Source: Malacoraja senta
Lineage: Eukaryota
Direction: 5' to 3'
NCBI GenBank assembly: GCA_038087875.1
Contig: CM075992.1
Coordinates: 4,342,001 to 4,406,000, forward strand
Length of the DNA stretch: 64,000 bases
In this document: positions 13,321-26,222 of the stretch, piece by piece
Numbering within the stretch: position 1 is the first letter of the stretch
How the letters are laid out: each line of letters begins with the position of its first letter
Position numbers and translations under genes: made by a program
Notes under the pieces: model-generated
Told to the model about the DNA's origin: nothing
The model's database searches: none
The model's input: only the letters and a program-made list of their open reading frames with translations

Positions 13321-15236
13321 ATAGAAACATAGCAAATAGGTGCAGGAGTAGGCCATTCGGCCCTTTGAGCCTGCACCGCCATTCATAGAAACATAGAAAA
13401 TAGGTGCAGGAATAGGCCATTCGGCCCTTCGAGCCTGCACCACCATTCAATATGATCATGGCTGATCATTCAACTCAGTATCCAATCATCAGGAACTACT
13501 CCAGAATCTAAAGAGTTTTGAAAAATTATCACTAATGCATCCACTATTTCTGGGGCTACTTCCTTAAGTACTCTGGGATGCAGCCTATCTGGCCCTGGGG
13601 ATTTATCGGCCTTTAATCCATTCAATTTACCTAACACCACTTCCCGGCTAACCTGGATTTCCCTCAGTTCCTCCATCTCATTTGACCCCCGGTCCCCTGC
13701 TATTTCCGGCAGATTAATTAAGTCTTCCTTAGTGAAGACAGAACCAAAGTAGTTATTCAATTGGTCTGCCATGTCCTTGTTCCCCATGATCAGTTCACCT
13801 GTTTCTAACTGCAAGGGACCTACATTTGTTTTAACTAATCTTTTTCTCTTGACATATCTATAAACACTTTTGCAGTCAGTTTTTATGTTTCCTGCCAGTT
13901 TTCTTTCATAATCTATTTTCCCTTTCCTAATTAAACACTTTGTCCTCCTCTGCTGGACTCTGAATTTCTCCCAGTCCTCTGGTAGGCAGATTTTTCTGGC
14001 TAATTTGTACGCTTCATCTTTTGTTTTGATACTATCCCTAATTTCCCTTGTTATCCACGGATGCACTACCTTCCCTGATTTATTCTTTTGCCAAACTGGG
14101 ATGAACAATTGTTGTAGTTCATCCATGCAGCCTTTAAATGCCTTCCATTGCATATCCACCGTCAACCCTTTAAGAATCAATTGCCAGTCTATCTTGGCCA
14201 ATTCACGTCTCATACCCTCAAAGTTACCTTTCTTTAAGTTCAGGACCCTTGTTTCTGAATTAATTATGTCACTCTCCATCCTAATGAAGAACTCAACCAT
14301 ATTATGGTCACTCTTGCCCAAGGGGCCACGCACAACAAGCCTGCTAACTAACCCTTCCTCATTACTCAATACCAAGTCTAGAATAGCCTGCTCTCTCGTT
14401 GGTTCCTCTACATGTTGATTTAGAAAACTATCCCGTATACATTCCAAGAAATCCTCTTCCTCAGCACCCCTGCCAATTTGATTCACCCAATCTATATGTA
14501 GATTGAAGTCACCCATTATAACCTTTTTAGCTTTGTTGCACGCATTTCTAATTTCCTGTTTGATGCCATCCCTAACTCCACTACTACTGTTAGGTGGCCT
14601 GTACACAACTCCCGCTAGCGTTTTCTGCCCCTTAGTGTTTCGCAGCTCTACCCATATCGATTCCACATCCTCCGAGCTAATGTCCTTCCTTTCTATTGCG
14701 TTAATCTCCTCTCTAACCAGCAACGCTACCCCACCTCCTTTTTCTTTCTGTCTATCCCTCCTGAATATTGAATATCCCCAGATGTTCAGCTCCCAGCCTT
14801 GGTCACCATGGAGCCATGTCTCCGTGATCCCAACTATATCATAGTCATTAATAGCTATCTGCACATTCAACTCATCCACCTTATTACGAATGCTCCTTGC
14901 ATTGAGACACAAAGCCTTCAGGCTTGTTTTTACAACACTCTTACCCCTTATACAATTATGTTGAAAAATGGCCATTTTTGATTTTTGCACTGGATTTGTC
15001 TGCCTACCACTTTTACTTTTCACCTTGCTACCTATTGCTTCTACGCTCATTTTACACCCCTCTGTCTCTCTGCTCACACATTTAAGAAACCCACCACCTC
15101 TTATTCTCTGTTTATTAACTTTTTCTTCTTTCCCCCCTACATGTTGGGTCTGTGCTTCCCTTCTCTGCCTCCTGCCTCACACCCTGTCTACTAGCTTTCT
15201 CTATTTGAGTCCCTCCCCCAACCTAGTTTAAAGTCT
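13321..15236 (-). mobile_element. CR1 LINE with intact APE endonuclease frame and RT deleted; 8-bp direct repeat CCCCTGTC on both sides
   Basis: ORF 13470-15077: NARS, GITETWL, YRPP, GDFN, LDLVL, SDH, SPGPD; joins the 3' UTR directly; duplicated TTTCTATG tail; flanking repeats at 13313-13320 and 15237-15244. Confidence 0.92.
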
Positions 15237-15244
15237 CCCCTGTC

Positions 15245-16340
15245 CAGCTACCTGTCCAGGTACCTTCCCGTGTGACCACAAGAGAAGTAACACCTGTCCC
15301 TGTACCTCCTTCCTCGCCTCTATCCAGAGTCCCCAGCAATCCTTTCAGATGAACCAGATGTACACATGCACCTCCTCTAACCTCATCTACTGCATTCCGT
15401 GTTCCCGATGTGGCCCACTTTACATTGGTGATACTAAGGGTAGAGTCAGTAACCATTTCGCCGGACACTTGCACTAGGTCTGAGAAGGCCTACTGGCTCT
15501 CCCAGTTGCTAACCATTTTAACTCCCCTTTCCATTCCCAGATTGACCTAGGTGATGCCACGTGCAAACTGGAAGAACAGCACCTCATATTTTGCTTGGGG
15601 TGTTTACAACTTAACAACTTCTCAAATTTTTGGTAACTTACAACCACCCCCTTTTCCTTCTTCCCTCCCACTCTACTGCACACCACATGGATTCACACAC
15701 ATTTCTTCCCTTCCCCGTCCCATTTCACCTATGTTCCTTCACAATTTGGACCTCAATCCTTATCTCACATTTTGTCTATTCAGCCCTGGCGTTTATCCAA
15801 ACATCTGCCTATCATCACCCTCCTCACTACCCTCCTCACCACCACTTTCCCCCTTCACCTGTATCCACTTATTAGATTAGATTAGATAATACTTTATTAA
15901 TCCCCTTATTCAGGGGAAATTCAGATGTCCTTGCAGCACACTAATAAAAATACAACATAGCATTAAAGAAGTTTAACATTAAAACATAAAAACATCCCCC
16001 CACAATGGTTCCCACTGTAGGGGAAGGCACAAAGTCCAGTCCCCATCCCCATGTCCACCCATAGTCGGGCCTATTGAGGCCTCCACAGTCGCCGCTACGG
16101 AGGCTCGATGTTCCTGGCCGTTCTCGCCAGGTGATGGTACTCCGGCGTCGGGAGAACCCTCTCAGCGGCTTGGGGTGCCAGGAACGGCCGCCTCCTTACT
16201 GGCGGCCGTTCCTGTCTCTCCTCTCTTCCAGCTTTCTCTTTCCTCCCACCACAATATCTGAAGAAGGGTCCTGACCTGAAACGTCTCCTATCAATGTGTT
16301 CCAGCCCCGTTGAGTTACTCCAGGGCTTCATGTCTTTTCA
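15245..16340 (+). mobile_element. Penelope-like fragment (GIY-YIG relic) with a nested minus-strand repeat at ~15870-16200
   Basis: GTFPC...TCTSSNLIYCIPCSRCGPLYIGDTK; terminal CTGAAGA...GAAACGTC motif at 16258-16285. Confidence 0.72.
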
Positions 16341-16617
16341 AAAGTACACATCAGACTCTTATACATCAGGCACATCAAGATGGACTCAGAGCCAAATGAC
16401 GTGTTAATGTCATAGATTTACTTAATACGTATTTGTTATTCATATTCATTATTACTGCATATTTAATTCAATTCTATGTTAGTGGGTGTAGAAAAAATAC
16501 TGAGAGCATTAAGTACAAGTTATAAACATCACCTTAGAAAATAACATTACAAATTATCAAGAATATGAGCAAATGGGGATAAGCACTTAAACCTTCTGAA
16601 GAAGAATATGTACCAAC

Positions 16618-16776
16618 CGTCCTTGATCTTGCGAGATATATACTGTCTGGACGGATAGCCCATTTAAAAGCAAGACTCTTGCTGGGAATGGACAGATCAA
16701 CATCCAAGTTACTCTTCTTGAACTGAGGAACATCGGTCAAATAAGTGGCCAGTGCTTGAAGCGCAACTATTGTTGC
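16618..16776 (-). CDS. C3: C3 exon ~30 (ATIVALQALATY...LDVDLSIPSKS...YLARSRT), C3f region
   Basis: cag|GCA...ACG|gttggt; 159 bp. Confidence 0.93.
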
Positions 16777-17945
16777 CTGGAAAGTAAAATGTTCTTGTTA
16801 AATATATTTGCTGATATTTCCAACTAAACACCCATATTCACTAAAGTTGCGTGGAGTAGCAATAGATCGAGATAAAGTCGTACAGCATGGAAACAGGCCC
16901 TTTAGCCCAACTTGTTAATGCCGACCAACATACCCTAAAGTGAGTCCTATTTGCCCGCGATTGGCCTTTATTCCCCTATCCGTGCACATGTCCAAGTGAT
17001 GTCCTTTTCAATGTTGTTCTTGTACTTGCCTCAATAACTTCCTCTGGCAGCTTGATCCATTTACCCACCACCCTCTCAGTGAAAAAAAGTTGCCTCTCAG
17101 GTTTGTATTAAATCCTGCCCCGCTCAACTTAAACATGTGTCCTCCTGGGTATAAATAATCTGTCAATTCACTCTCTCTATTCCAATACTGATTTTATACA
17201 CCCCAATTACATTACATGATGAGTTTCTTTTAAAGTTTCCACCAAAACATTCAAATAAACGAGAGGTTTTGAAAAATGTTCCAGAAAGGATAGTGTTATT
17301 CCCAAATTGGGAATGACTCTCAAATGTAACTTTTAAAAAAAATGCCTAGTGATAATCTACTGAGACTTCAGAAGTAATTAAGTTATAATTACTTTGAACT
17401 TTTACATTTCTCAAATGTTTAGAAATTGTTCTTTAGACACTGCTAAGTGCAGTAAACTTCCAATAAATTGTTATTCAACTAATTGGAAATCACACTGGTC
17501 TGTCCGGCTCACGGGGAATATTTCCTATGCTCCACGTCCACTCACTGGGGCTCCGGATCCTGTTCATTCATCGAGTCTGGGTTCCTGTAATTCCCTTGAA
17601 ACTTACTAGGTTCTATTTCTCACACTCCCTTCAAACTTCAGGTTCACTGGAAAATGTATTATTCTACTACTGTTTAACATGTACATAAGTGAAATAAAAA
17701 TATGTACAAAGTGCAGAAAACCTGCTCGTCCAGCCATCAAAGTCGAAAGTATGCTGTATTTAGGGAGTTTGCTATGTTTTATTATAAGGGAAAAAGATGT
17801 GTCAAAATGCATTTTAAACACAGGTCCTTCTGTTGCAATTGGCGATTTACTAGTTTGTCTGGCCAGGTGCACATTGTACATGAGATTTCCAGTAAACTAC
17901 TACGAAATATGTAGTCGTAGAAAAATACATGTGCAGTTGGACTAC

Positions 17946-18115
17946 CTGTGTAGAGCTGTAGCCTCCTCCATATTCACTCCGTTTCGATAGCCATCTCACT
18001 AATTTACCAGCTTGGTCATACTGCTCCTGCTGCAAGAGGAATAGAAGGGCATATCCCGTGGCTTCAATGGTGTACAGAGAGTTAGCATCTCCTCCTACTG
18101 GCCAGTGTGATTGGT
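17946..18115 (-). CDS. C3: C3 exon ~29 (DQSHWP...LYTIEATGYALL...YGGGYSSTQ)
   Basis: tag|AC CAA...CAG|gtagtc; 170 bp. Confidence 0.95.
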
Positions 18116-18186
18116 CTAAAAAGATACAAGAGAAACATAGTTTAAAGTGAAAAAAGTTCAATTTAACTACAGTGTCTGTTTCTCGA

Positions 18187-19330
18187 AGAAACAAGGAACA
18201 GCAAATGCTGGTTTACAAAAAATGACACAGAACGCTGGAGTAACGCAGCATCTCTGGAGAGCATGGATAGGTGACATTTCAGGTCAGGACCCTTCTTTCT
18301 TCAGAATAATTGTGGAGGGGGTGGGAAAGAAAGCTGGAAGAGAGGAGGGCCATGACAAAGCCTGTCAGCTAATAGGTTGATACGGGTGAGGAGTGTACAG
18401 GTTTTTTTATAGGCAGATGTTTGGAAAAGGCTACAGATGAAAAGACAAAATGTGTGAGAAATGAGGACTGAAGAGTTGTGAATTGTGAATTCAGAAGGAA
18501 TGCAGGTAGAAGAGGAGGGGAGGGGAGAACTGGGCAGTGGAGTATGTGGGGGAAGAAGGTAGAAGGAAAGGGTTACATAGTTACCTAATACTGGAGAATT
18601 CAACGTTCATACCATTGGGTTGTAAGCCATCCAAGCCGTCTACTTACAGTTTGCATGTGGCCTCACTCTGGAATCGAGGAGGCCCAGGAGAGAAAGCTCA
18701 GTATGAGAATGGAAAGTGCTGTTAAAATGGTTAGTAAACAGGAGATCCAGCAGGGGTTGGCGGACCGCGCGCAACTGTTCTGCGAAACAGTTGCCGACTC
18801 TTTGCTTGGTTTCGCAAATGTAAAGGAGGCCACATCGGGAACACTGGATGAAGCAGATGAAGTTAGATGAGATGCACATGCACCCCCATCTCACTTGGAA
18901 GAACTGCTGGTGTCCCTGGGTGGAGGTGAGGGACGAGGTATAGGAACAGGTGTTACATCTCATGCGGTTGCAGGGATAGGTACCCAGATAGAGGGTAGTT
19001 TGGGTTGGAAGAGATGATTGAACCAAGGACTTGCAGAAGGAGTGGTCTCTGCTGAAGGCAGAAAGGAGTGGAGATGGGAAGATGTGACTAATGGTAGGAT
19101 CACCTTGGAGATGCCAGAAATGTCATAGGATGATGTGTTGGATGCGGGGGTTGGTGGGGTAATAGGTAGGGACCAGGAGAACTCTATGTTCTGTCTGACG
19201 GGGGGGGGGGGGGGGGGGCAATAAGAGCAGAGCTACAGGACATAGAGGGGATGCGGGTGAGCGATTAATCTATGACAGAAGGGGAGAAACCATATTTACA
19301 AAAGAAAGAGGATATGTCGTATGTCCTCGA
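18187..19330 (-). mobile_element. Penelope-like element 3' part (GIY-YIG endonuclease relic plus terminal repeat)
   Basis: ORF 18640-19026: GTYPCNRMRCNTC...CISSNFICFIQCSRCGLLYICETKQR...HFNS..HS. Confidence 0.8.
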
Positions 19331-19357
19331 ATTAAGGCACAAGAACTAATCACTTAC

Positions 19358-19508
19358 CTGCTGAAGCAAATTTCATCACAACATCACTCCTGTGTGTACC
19401 CAACAGTGAAAGGGCGTAAGCTGTAAGTACTGCACCGTAGGATCCCTGAAGGGCATCTATGTGATCCACCAGGTATGCTGCCCCTTTCCTGATACTGTTT
19501 TCATAACT
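19358..19508 (-). CDS. C3: C3 exon ~28 (SYENSIRKGAAYL...LTAYALSLLG...KFASA)
   Basis: tag|AGT...GCA G|gtaagt; 151 bp. Confidence 0.92.
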
Positions 19509-19529
19509 CTAAAATTAAGAAATTATATT

Positions 19530-20100
19530 TTGATGAGACCAAGATTGGTGTATTGTGTTCAGGTTTGGTCACCATATTATAGGAAAGATGTTGTCAAGCT
19601 GGAAAGGGTGCAGAGAAGATTTACGAGGATTTTGCCAGGACTCAAGGACTTGGGCTACAGTGAGCGGTTGAGCAGGTGAGGATTTTATTCCTTGGAGCAC
19701 AAGAGGATAGGGATGATCTTATAGAGGTGCACAAAATCACGAGAGGAATAAATCAGGTAAATGCACAGAGTTTTTTGCCCAGATTAGGACAACCAGAGGA
19801 CATAGGTTTAAAGGTTTAAGATGAGGGTGGGGGGGGGGGGGGGAGAGAAATAATAGAAACCTGAGGGGTAACTTTTTTTACACAAAGGGTGGTGGGTATA
19901 TGGAACGAGCTGCCGGAGGAGGTAGTTGCACCAGGTACTATCATAACATTTAAGGGACATTTGGACAGGTACATGGATAGGATAGGTTTAGAGTGTTACG
20001 TGCGAAGCGTGGGCAGGTGGGGCTAGTATAGATGGGGCATGTTGATTGCTGTTGACAAGTTGGGCCAAAGTGCCTGTTTCCTTGCTGTATGACTATGATT
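19530..20100 (+). mobile_element. CR1 LINE 3' fragment
   Basis: RPRLVYCVQVWSPYYRKDVVKLERVQRRFTR. Confidence 0.8.
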
Positions 20101-20663
20101 CTCTCAAGAGTCAAGAGAGTTTATTGTCATGTGTCCCATATAGGACAATGAAATTCTTACATTGCTGCATTGCTCTATAATTCTATTTGCATTAAACAGT
20201 TCTTGATTACACTTATCCCAATCTCACGCTTAAACAACCCAAGCTGCAGGTTGTCTCTCTCCATTTGATATCGCCCCTTAACACACCCTCCAATTCCGGC
20301 CATATGTCCAAATGTTTAAATTTATCCAAGGGTTGACATGATTTAGTTAGCGAATTCAGACTTAATCTGAGATGTTAACGGGACAATCTATTATTTGTGC
20401 GTTTGTTGATAGAACTAAATTTGAGATTTGCCACAAAACAATATAGGAATTCAAATGTAATCTCAAGTTACCAAGTCTCCCAAACGCAATTGAACTGTCT
20501 TTCATAGCTCATTATTTTGCAACTTTGACGTGCTGTCGTGCTAGAATTAACTTAATACATGCTTTGGCCATATTAATTGAGAGTAAATCTTGATCATCAC
20601 TCGTACTTCTTTGAAATAATTAATCTACCAGATACCTTATGTTATAAAATGAAAATGATTTAC

Positions 20664-20765
20664 CGTAACAAATTGTGAGCAAGCACTTCGAGCTTCAATT
20701 ATTGCAATCAGCACAAATGCAGTTAATGGTGCTTGGTTCTCCTTGGATTCTCCATGGATTCCTCC
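20664..20765 (-). CDS. C3: C3 exon ~27 (GGIHGESKENQAPLTAFVLIAIIEARSACSQFVT)
   Basis: tag|GGA...ACG|gtaaat; 102 bp; LTAFVLI motif. Confidence 0.93.
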
Positions 20766-21159
20766 CTAAAGGACATGAATGCATGTGAAAAATAGACAAG
20801 ATTTAAACAATATCTGAATTGTCAAATAATGTTTAATTGAACTAATTTCATTGTGTTGAATGATCAATGGCCTAAAGATCTCTGCAATGGAACAATAAGT
20901 TGTTGTAAAATGGCTAATAACATTCAGTTTACATTCAATTTTGTTTGGATATTAAATGTTCGCATCTTATGAGTGAATAATAGGAATAAATCTCCTTTGT
21001 TGCTGATGAATTTCCTTTCTAGTTCATCAAACCTCTTTAGTTTTAAACTTGTCTTTTAAAGTTTCTGTCTACTTTTTCTTTTATCTTCATCATGTTGAAC
21101 CACCTCCTCAATCCCACTTTTCCCTCTCTCCTATCCATTCCTTTGTCTCCACAAATGTT

Positions 21160-21835
21160 TCAAGCAAACAAGCAAATGGCATGTTGGCCTTCATAGCGAG
21201 AGGATTTGAGAATAGGAACAAGGAGGTCCTACTGCAGTTGTATAGGGCCCTGGAATAACCTGGAGACCAAATCTGGTGTATTGTGTGCAGTTGTGGTCTC
21301 AATTTGAGGAAGGACATTATTGCTATTGAGGGAGTGTAGTGTAGGTTCACCAGGTTAATTCCTGGGATGGAGGGACTGACATATGATGAAAGAATGGGTC
21401 TACTGGGCTTATATTCATTGGAATTTAGAAGGAAAAGACTAGATCTTATAGAAACATATAAATTTCTTACGGGATTGGACAGGTTAGATGCAGGAAAAAT
21501 GTTGCCCATGTTGGGGGAGTCCAGAACCAGGGGTCACAGTTTAAGAATAAAGAGTAGGCCATGTAGGACGGTGATGAGGAAAAACGTTTTCACCCAGAGA
21601 GTTGTGAATCTGTGGAATTCTCTGCCACAGAGGGCAGTGGAGGCCAATTCACTGGATGTTTTCAAGAGAGAGTTAGATATAGCTCTTAGGGCTAATGGAA
21701 TCAAATGATATGGGGAAAAAGCAGGAACGGGGTACTGATTTTGGATGATCAGCCATGATCATATTGAATGGCAGTGCTGGCTCGAAGGGCTGAATGGCCT
21801 TCTCCTGCACCTATTTTCTATGTTATTATGTTTCT
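21160..21835 (+). mobile_element. CR1 LINE 3' fragment
   Basis: ANGMLAFIARGF...LGLYSLEFRR...FTQRVVNLWNSLP and CR1 tail. Confidence 0.85.
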
Positions 21836-22758
21836 GTGCATGTGTACTTCTCCTCAGTACCCTGTTCCCCTAATCCAACCTCCTCTAAAATTATTTCTCT
21901 TAATATTCCTCTCTCAATTTCCAATCTCCATCCACACATTCTTCACAAGATGTACTTCAGTTCTGCATGCATATGCGTTATATTGCTTCATATTTTAAAT
22001 TATTCTGTTAACCAAAAAGCAAATGCAAATTTGCTTCAAACATTCAAACCCTCAAAATATTGCAAACTGAAATTTCTAATTTTCAAAGCACACTTAAATT
22101 AAATTCTCACTGTATCTGCAATCCAAGGTGGCCACTTTATCAGATCAAACCTTATTTTGTTCATTCATGAGATGTGGGTGTCTCTGGAAAGATCTGCATT
22201 TATTGCCTACTCTGATTTTCCCTAACTTAGTGTCTAGTTAGGAAGTTAAATGTCATCCACATTGTTGTGGGTCTGGAATCACCTAGAGTGCAAAAGGCAG
22301 CACATTTTTATCCAGGGAGGATCAGATATGCTTTTCCAACAACCATGTGGTCTCATTGTCATCATTGTTGCAATTAGCTTGTTATTTTATGTGATTAAAT
22401 ACAATCTGGACAACAAAAAAAGATGGAATCTGGTCACAAAAGGATGGGATGGGTATTTAAACATCCAATATGCTAATGTTTTCCAGAGAAGAAAAACCAT
22501 AACTTTTGCCTAATCTGTCCTGAATGAATCACCAGATCACAGTGATGTGCTCAACTCATACCCTCTGAAATGGGCCAGTACCTCATTTGGTTCAAGAGTT
22601 GTTAACAAAAACAGATGAGCAGGGACTGCTTGCTTCCCGTGAACAAAAACACTGGAAAACTGTCCCACTTGTCTGTGACTTACCCTGTGAGTATTGTATT
22701 ATCTTATAATTCTATTTTTCTATGCAACCAAAAAATGTTTTTAAAGCATTTTACTTAC

Positions 22759-22918
22759 AATCATCTCTCCGTGAATTACTGGACCAATTTCCTCAAAGTG
22801 ACCATCAGGTTTCTGTCTGTTTAATATCAGCCACTTAACAGCTCCACAGAGTACACGCGCCTCAATTGTGATCAAGTTACGCGCCATTGCAAATACTTTA
22901 ACCACATAGGCAGTCAAC
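22759..22918 (-). CDS. C3: C3 exon ~26 (LTAYVVKVF...[19 protein letters not shown]); catalytic His codon 22771-22773
   Basis: cag|G TTG...ATT|gtaagt; 160 bp. Confidence 0.96.
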
Positions 22919-23569
22919 CTGCGCATAGAGAAACGCAACATAAATTTATTCCATTTGAAACCCCAGGGTAGGAATTCATCCTCATAGTACCTATGTGATT
23001 TGAAGCCGATGGCCAGAAGTAAAACAGCATCTCTTACTGTATTGCCTGCCTTTCACATTTAGAGTAAGAAAAAAAGATAGACATTCTGAAATGCAACATA
23101 AAAAAAAAAAATCAAATGAAAGAAATCTTACCCAGAGACCTTATCAATACTATTGTGATTGTTAATTCATTCATGCTATCCTTTGGAACCAACTTATTTT
23201 CAATGGTATATCCATACTTTGATGTAAGTGGAAATGGTTCACAATAGTGAATACATATTTCTAAAATGATTCATAGAGCTGTAGAGTATGGAAACAGAGA
23301 CTTTGGCCCAACTTGTTCAAGCTGGTCAAGACACGTAACCAAATAGTCCCATTTGCCTAAGCCTGGACAATATCCTCCAAACCTTTCCTATTCAATTTCC
23401 TTTTGGACATACCTGTCCAAATGCCTTTTAAATGCCGTAACTGTATCCGCCCCATTTGGCAGCTCATTCTACATATGCACCACCCTCACTGTGAAGAGGT
23501 TGTCCCTCAGATTCCTTTAAAATATTTCCACTCTCACATTAAATCGAGTTTTAGAATCCTGCAACTTAG

Positions 23570-24070
23570 GTATTCAACTTTACGGACTGTTCCCAGGGAC
23601 GCATTCAGAGACTGACATCGAGTGCTAATGGAAGGTCATCAACTCTGTGAAAGACGCTCTTTGGTCTGCCCGAGCATTGTTCACCACCCAGCAGAGCGAG
23701 ATGTTCGTCAGGGAATATTGCCATCTGGCCCGCTGCAGACTGCAGGAGTACGTGCTGAGGAACGCACTGAAGCTCGGTGCAGCCAATGCCAATGCTCGGT
23801 GGGGGAGGACCACAGTCTAGGGTCCTTCCGCTGCTGGACATGGGGGGCAGGGTGTGGTGGAGATGCCCCTCAAAATAAGGGAAGGGATCCCATGCCAGTG
23901 GGCCACATGAGTGGCAAGGGTGGGGGATAAATTTGTGAAATTTGAGCAATGTATGTAGACTGTATTGAATAATCTGTATAGCCTCCAAAAATGTCGGATG
24001 AATTTTTTGCACGGTTCATGTATTTTATATATTTATTACCTGAATAAAGTCTATTTTGAATTTTTTTTTT
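23570..24070 (+). mobile_element. Tx1/L1-clade LINE 3' end nested in CR1
   Basis: KVINSVKDALWSAR...CHLARCRLQEYVLRNALKLG...ARWG, then AATAAA and an A/T-rich end. Confidence 0.55.
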
Positions 24071-25241
24071 TAAAGGTAGCTATTCAACTTATCTATGCCC
24101 CTCATTTTATATGCCACCATACGGCCACTCTCAGGCTCTTAGATTCCTTGGAAAATTGACCCAGCCTCTCCTTATAACTAAACTCCCCAAACTCGTTAAC
24201 ATCCTTGTAAACAATTTCTAATCTCTTTACAATTTAATAACATCGTTCCTACAGAAGAGAGACCAGAACTGTACACAGTATTCATAATGTCCCCTTACTA
24301 ATCTTGAACAGTTATAACATGGTGTACCAAGGGCAGGAAGACAATGACATTTTATATTGAAATAGAACATTCAACAGTACAGCACAGGAAAAGGTCCTTC
24401 AATCCAGAATGCAGGTGCCAAACATGATGACATCTAATTTGCTTCCACCACTCTGTTTAAAACACATCTCTTAAACGTTTCCCCTCTGATTTTAAAGCAA
24501 TTCTGGGAAAACGTTTCTATCTACTTTAACAATGCCTCTTATAATTTTATATACTTCGAACAGATCTTCCCTCAATCTCAAAATGCAACACCTCACACTT
24601 GCCTGTATTAAACTCAATCTTCTGTTTTTCTACCCATATCTGTAACTGATCTATATCCTACTGGATCCTTTGATGGTCTTCCTCATTGTCTAATTTTGTG
24701 TTGTCTGCAAACATACAAACCCACACATCTACATATATATCCAAGTCAATTAGATACATCACAGAGACAGAGTTCCCAGAACTGATCTCTGCGGAACACC
24801 AGAGCTAACAGATCTCGATAAGGAATAACACCTTTCCACCACTACTCTCTGTCTACAATGGTTAAGCCAGTTCTGAATCTAAACTACCAAGTCACTGTGG
24901 ATCCCATAAATCTTAAACCTCTGGATCAGTCTGCCATGAGCAATATTATCAAAGGGTTTACTAAAATATATCCAGAATGCAGATGCCAAACATGATGCCA
25001 TCTAATTTGCTTCTACCACTCTCCCTTTAAAACGCATTTCTTAAACTTTTCCCCTCTGATCTTATAGATTTCTGGAAAATGATTTTAATTAATCAATCAA
25101 AATCTTAATCAATTTGGGAAGCTATGACCTGCCACGGACAAAGCCATGCTGACTGTCCCTAATTTTCCCATTTTCTTCTAATTGCAAATTCACCAATGTA
25201 TTTCACAGAATATCAGTCTGGAAATTCAGCTTGTAATGTAC

Positions 25242-25317
25242 CATGTGCTGGCCTCACGACCTGTGAAAGCCGCAAAAGAACCTTCTTCCTTGCGATATGC
25301 CAGTTCTTGGGTATAAC
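25242..25317 (-). CDS. C3: C3 exon ~25 (GYTQELAYRKEEGSFAAFTGREASTW)
   Basis: cag|GT TAT...ACA TG|gtacat; 76 bp. Confidence 0.95.
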
Positions 25318-26222
25318 CTGAGTGAAGAAAAGAAAGCAATAAAAAACAAAAATCCATAAATTGCAGAGTATCCAAACGGTGACACAAAATGTTGGGAAAA
25401 CATGTCAAGAAATTTGGACATGCACTCGTGCCTTTCTCAACAGTGTACCTATGAAACCACATTAAAGATACATTGACGATGCATTATTGTGAAAATTCAA
25501 ATTGGTATTTATGGTCCCAACTCATGTTTGCATAGAAGATGGAATTTCTAACCCAGAAGTCAATTTAAAATCATCAATTATGATGTCTACAGGCATTCTT
25601 GCAACGACCGCAGCATGGATACATTCAAGATATGGAACAGCTCAACCATTATTCAAGATATAAATGTACAGGCACGACATTGTCTCAACGCCACAACTTC
25701 AGATTGCTCCACTTCTATGCACACGTTCCACTGCTTCCCTTCCAAGAGGAAACTGAACAGTACATTTGTTAAACTATTTACATATATAAAACTACCGTTT
25801 TACAGTTAGTTCAATATATATACACTAATACCTTGTCTGCTAAGATCACCTCAGCTACGTAGATGCATTTCTCACCTTTGATGTATCCATTTTGTGTGCT
25901 AGTGATCTTCTTGAATCACCTCCTCCTGAAAAACAGGCTACGGGTCTCAAATGGATGCTAAATTTCTATTCTATCTTGCTATAATTATCCTTTCACCCAA
26001 CATCTTAATCATTCTGAACTTCTGAATTGTCACTTTTTTGATATCACGAAAAACCAACAAATGGTCCACACTTGATTCATACCCCATATGATCTTGAACC
26101 CCTCAATAATGTAACCCCTCATGGCATACCATACCATACCTCATGGTACCCACATTCTCAAAATTACACATCCATTCTTATATTCACTAATTACAACTAA
26201 AGACCATTTACAGTGACCATCA

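Noticed and set aside
14005..14844. Plus-strand ORFs of 137 and 113 aa
   Set aside because: Antisense shadows of the CR1 ORF.
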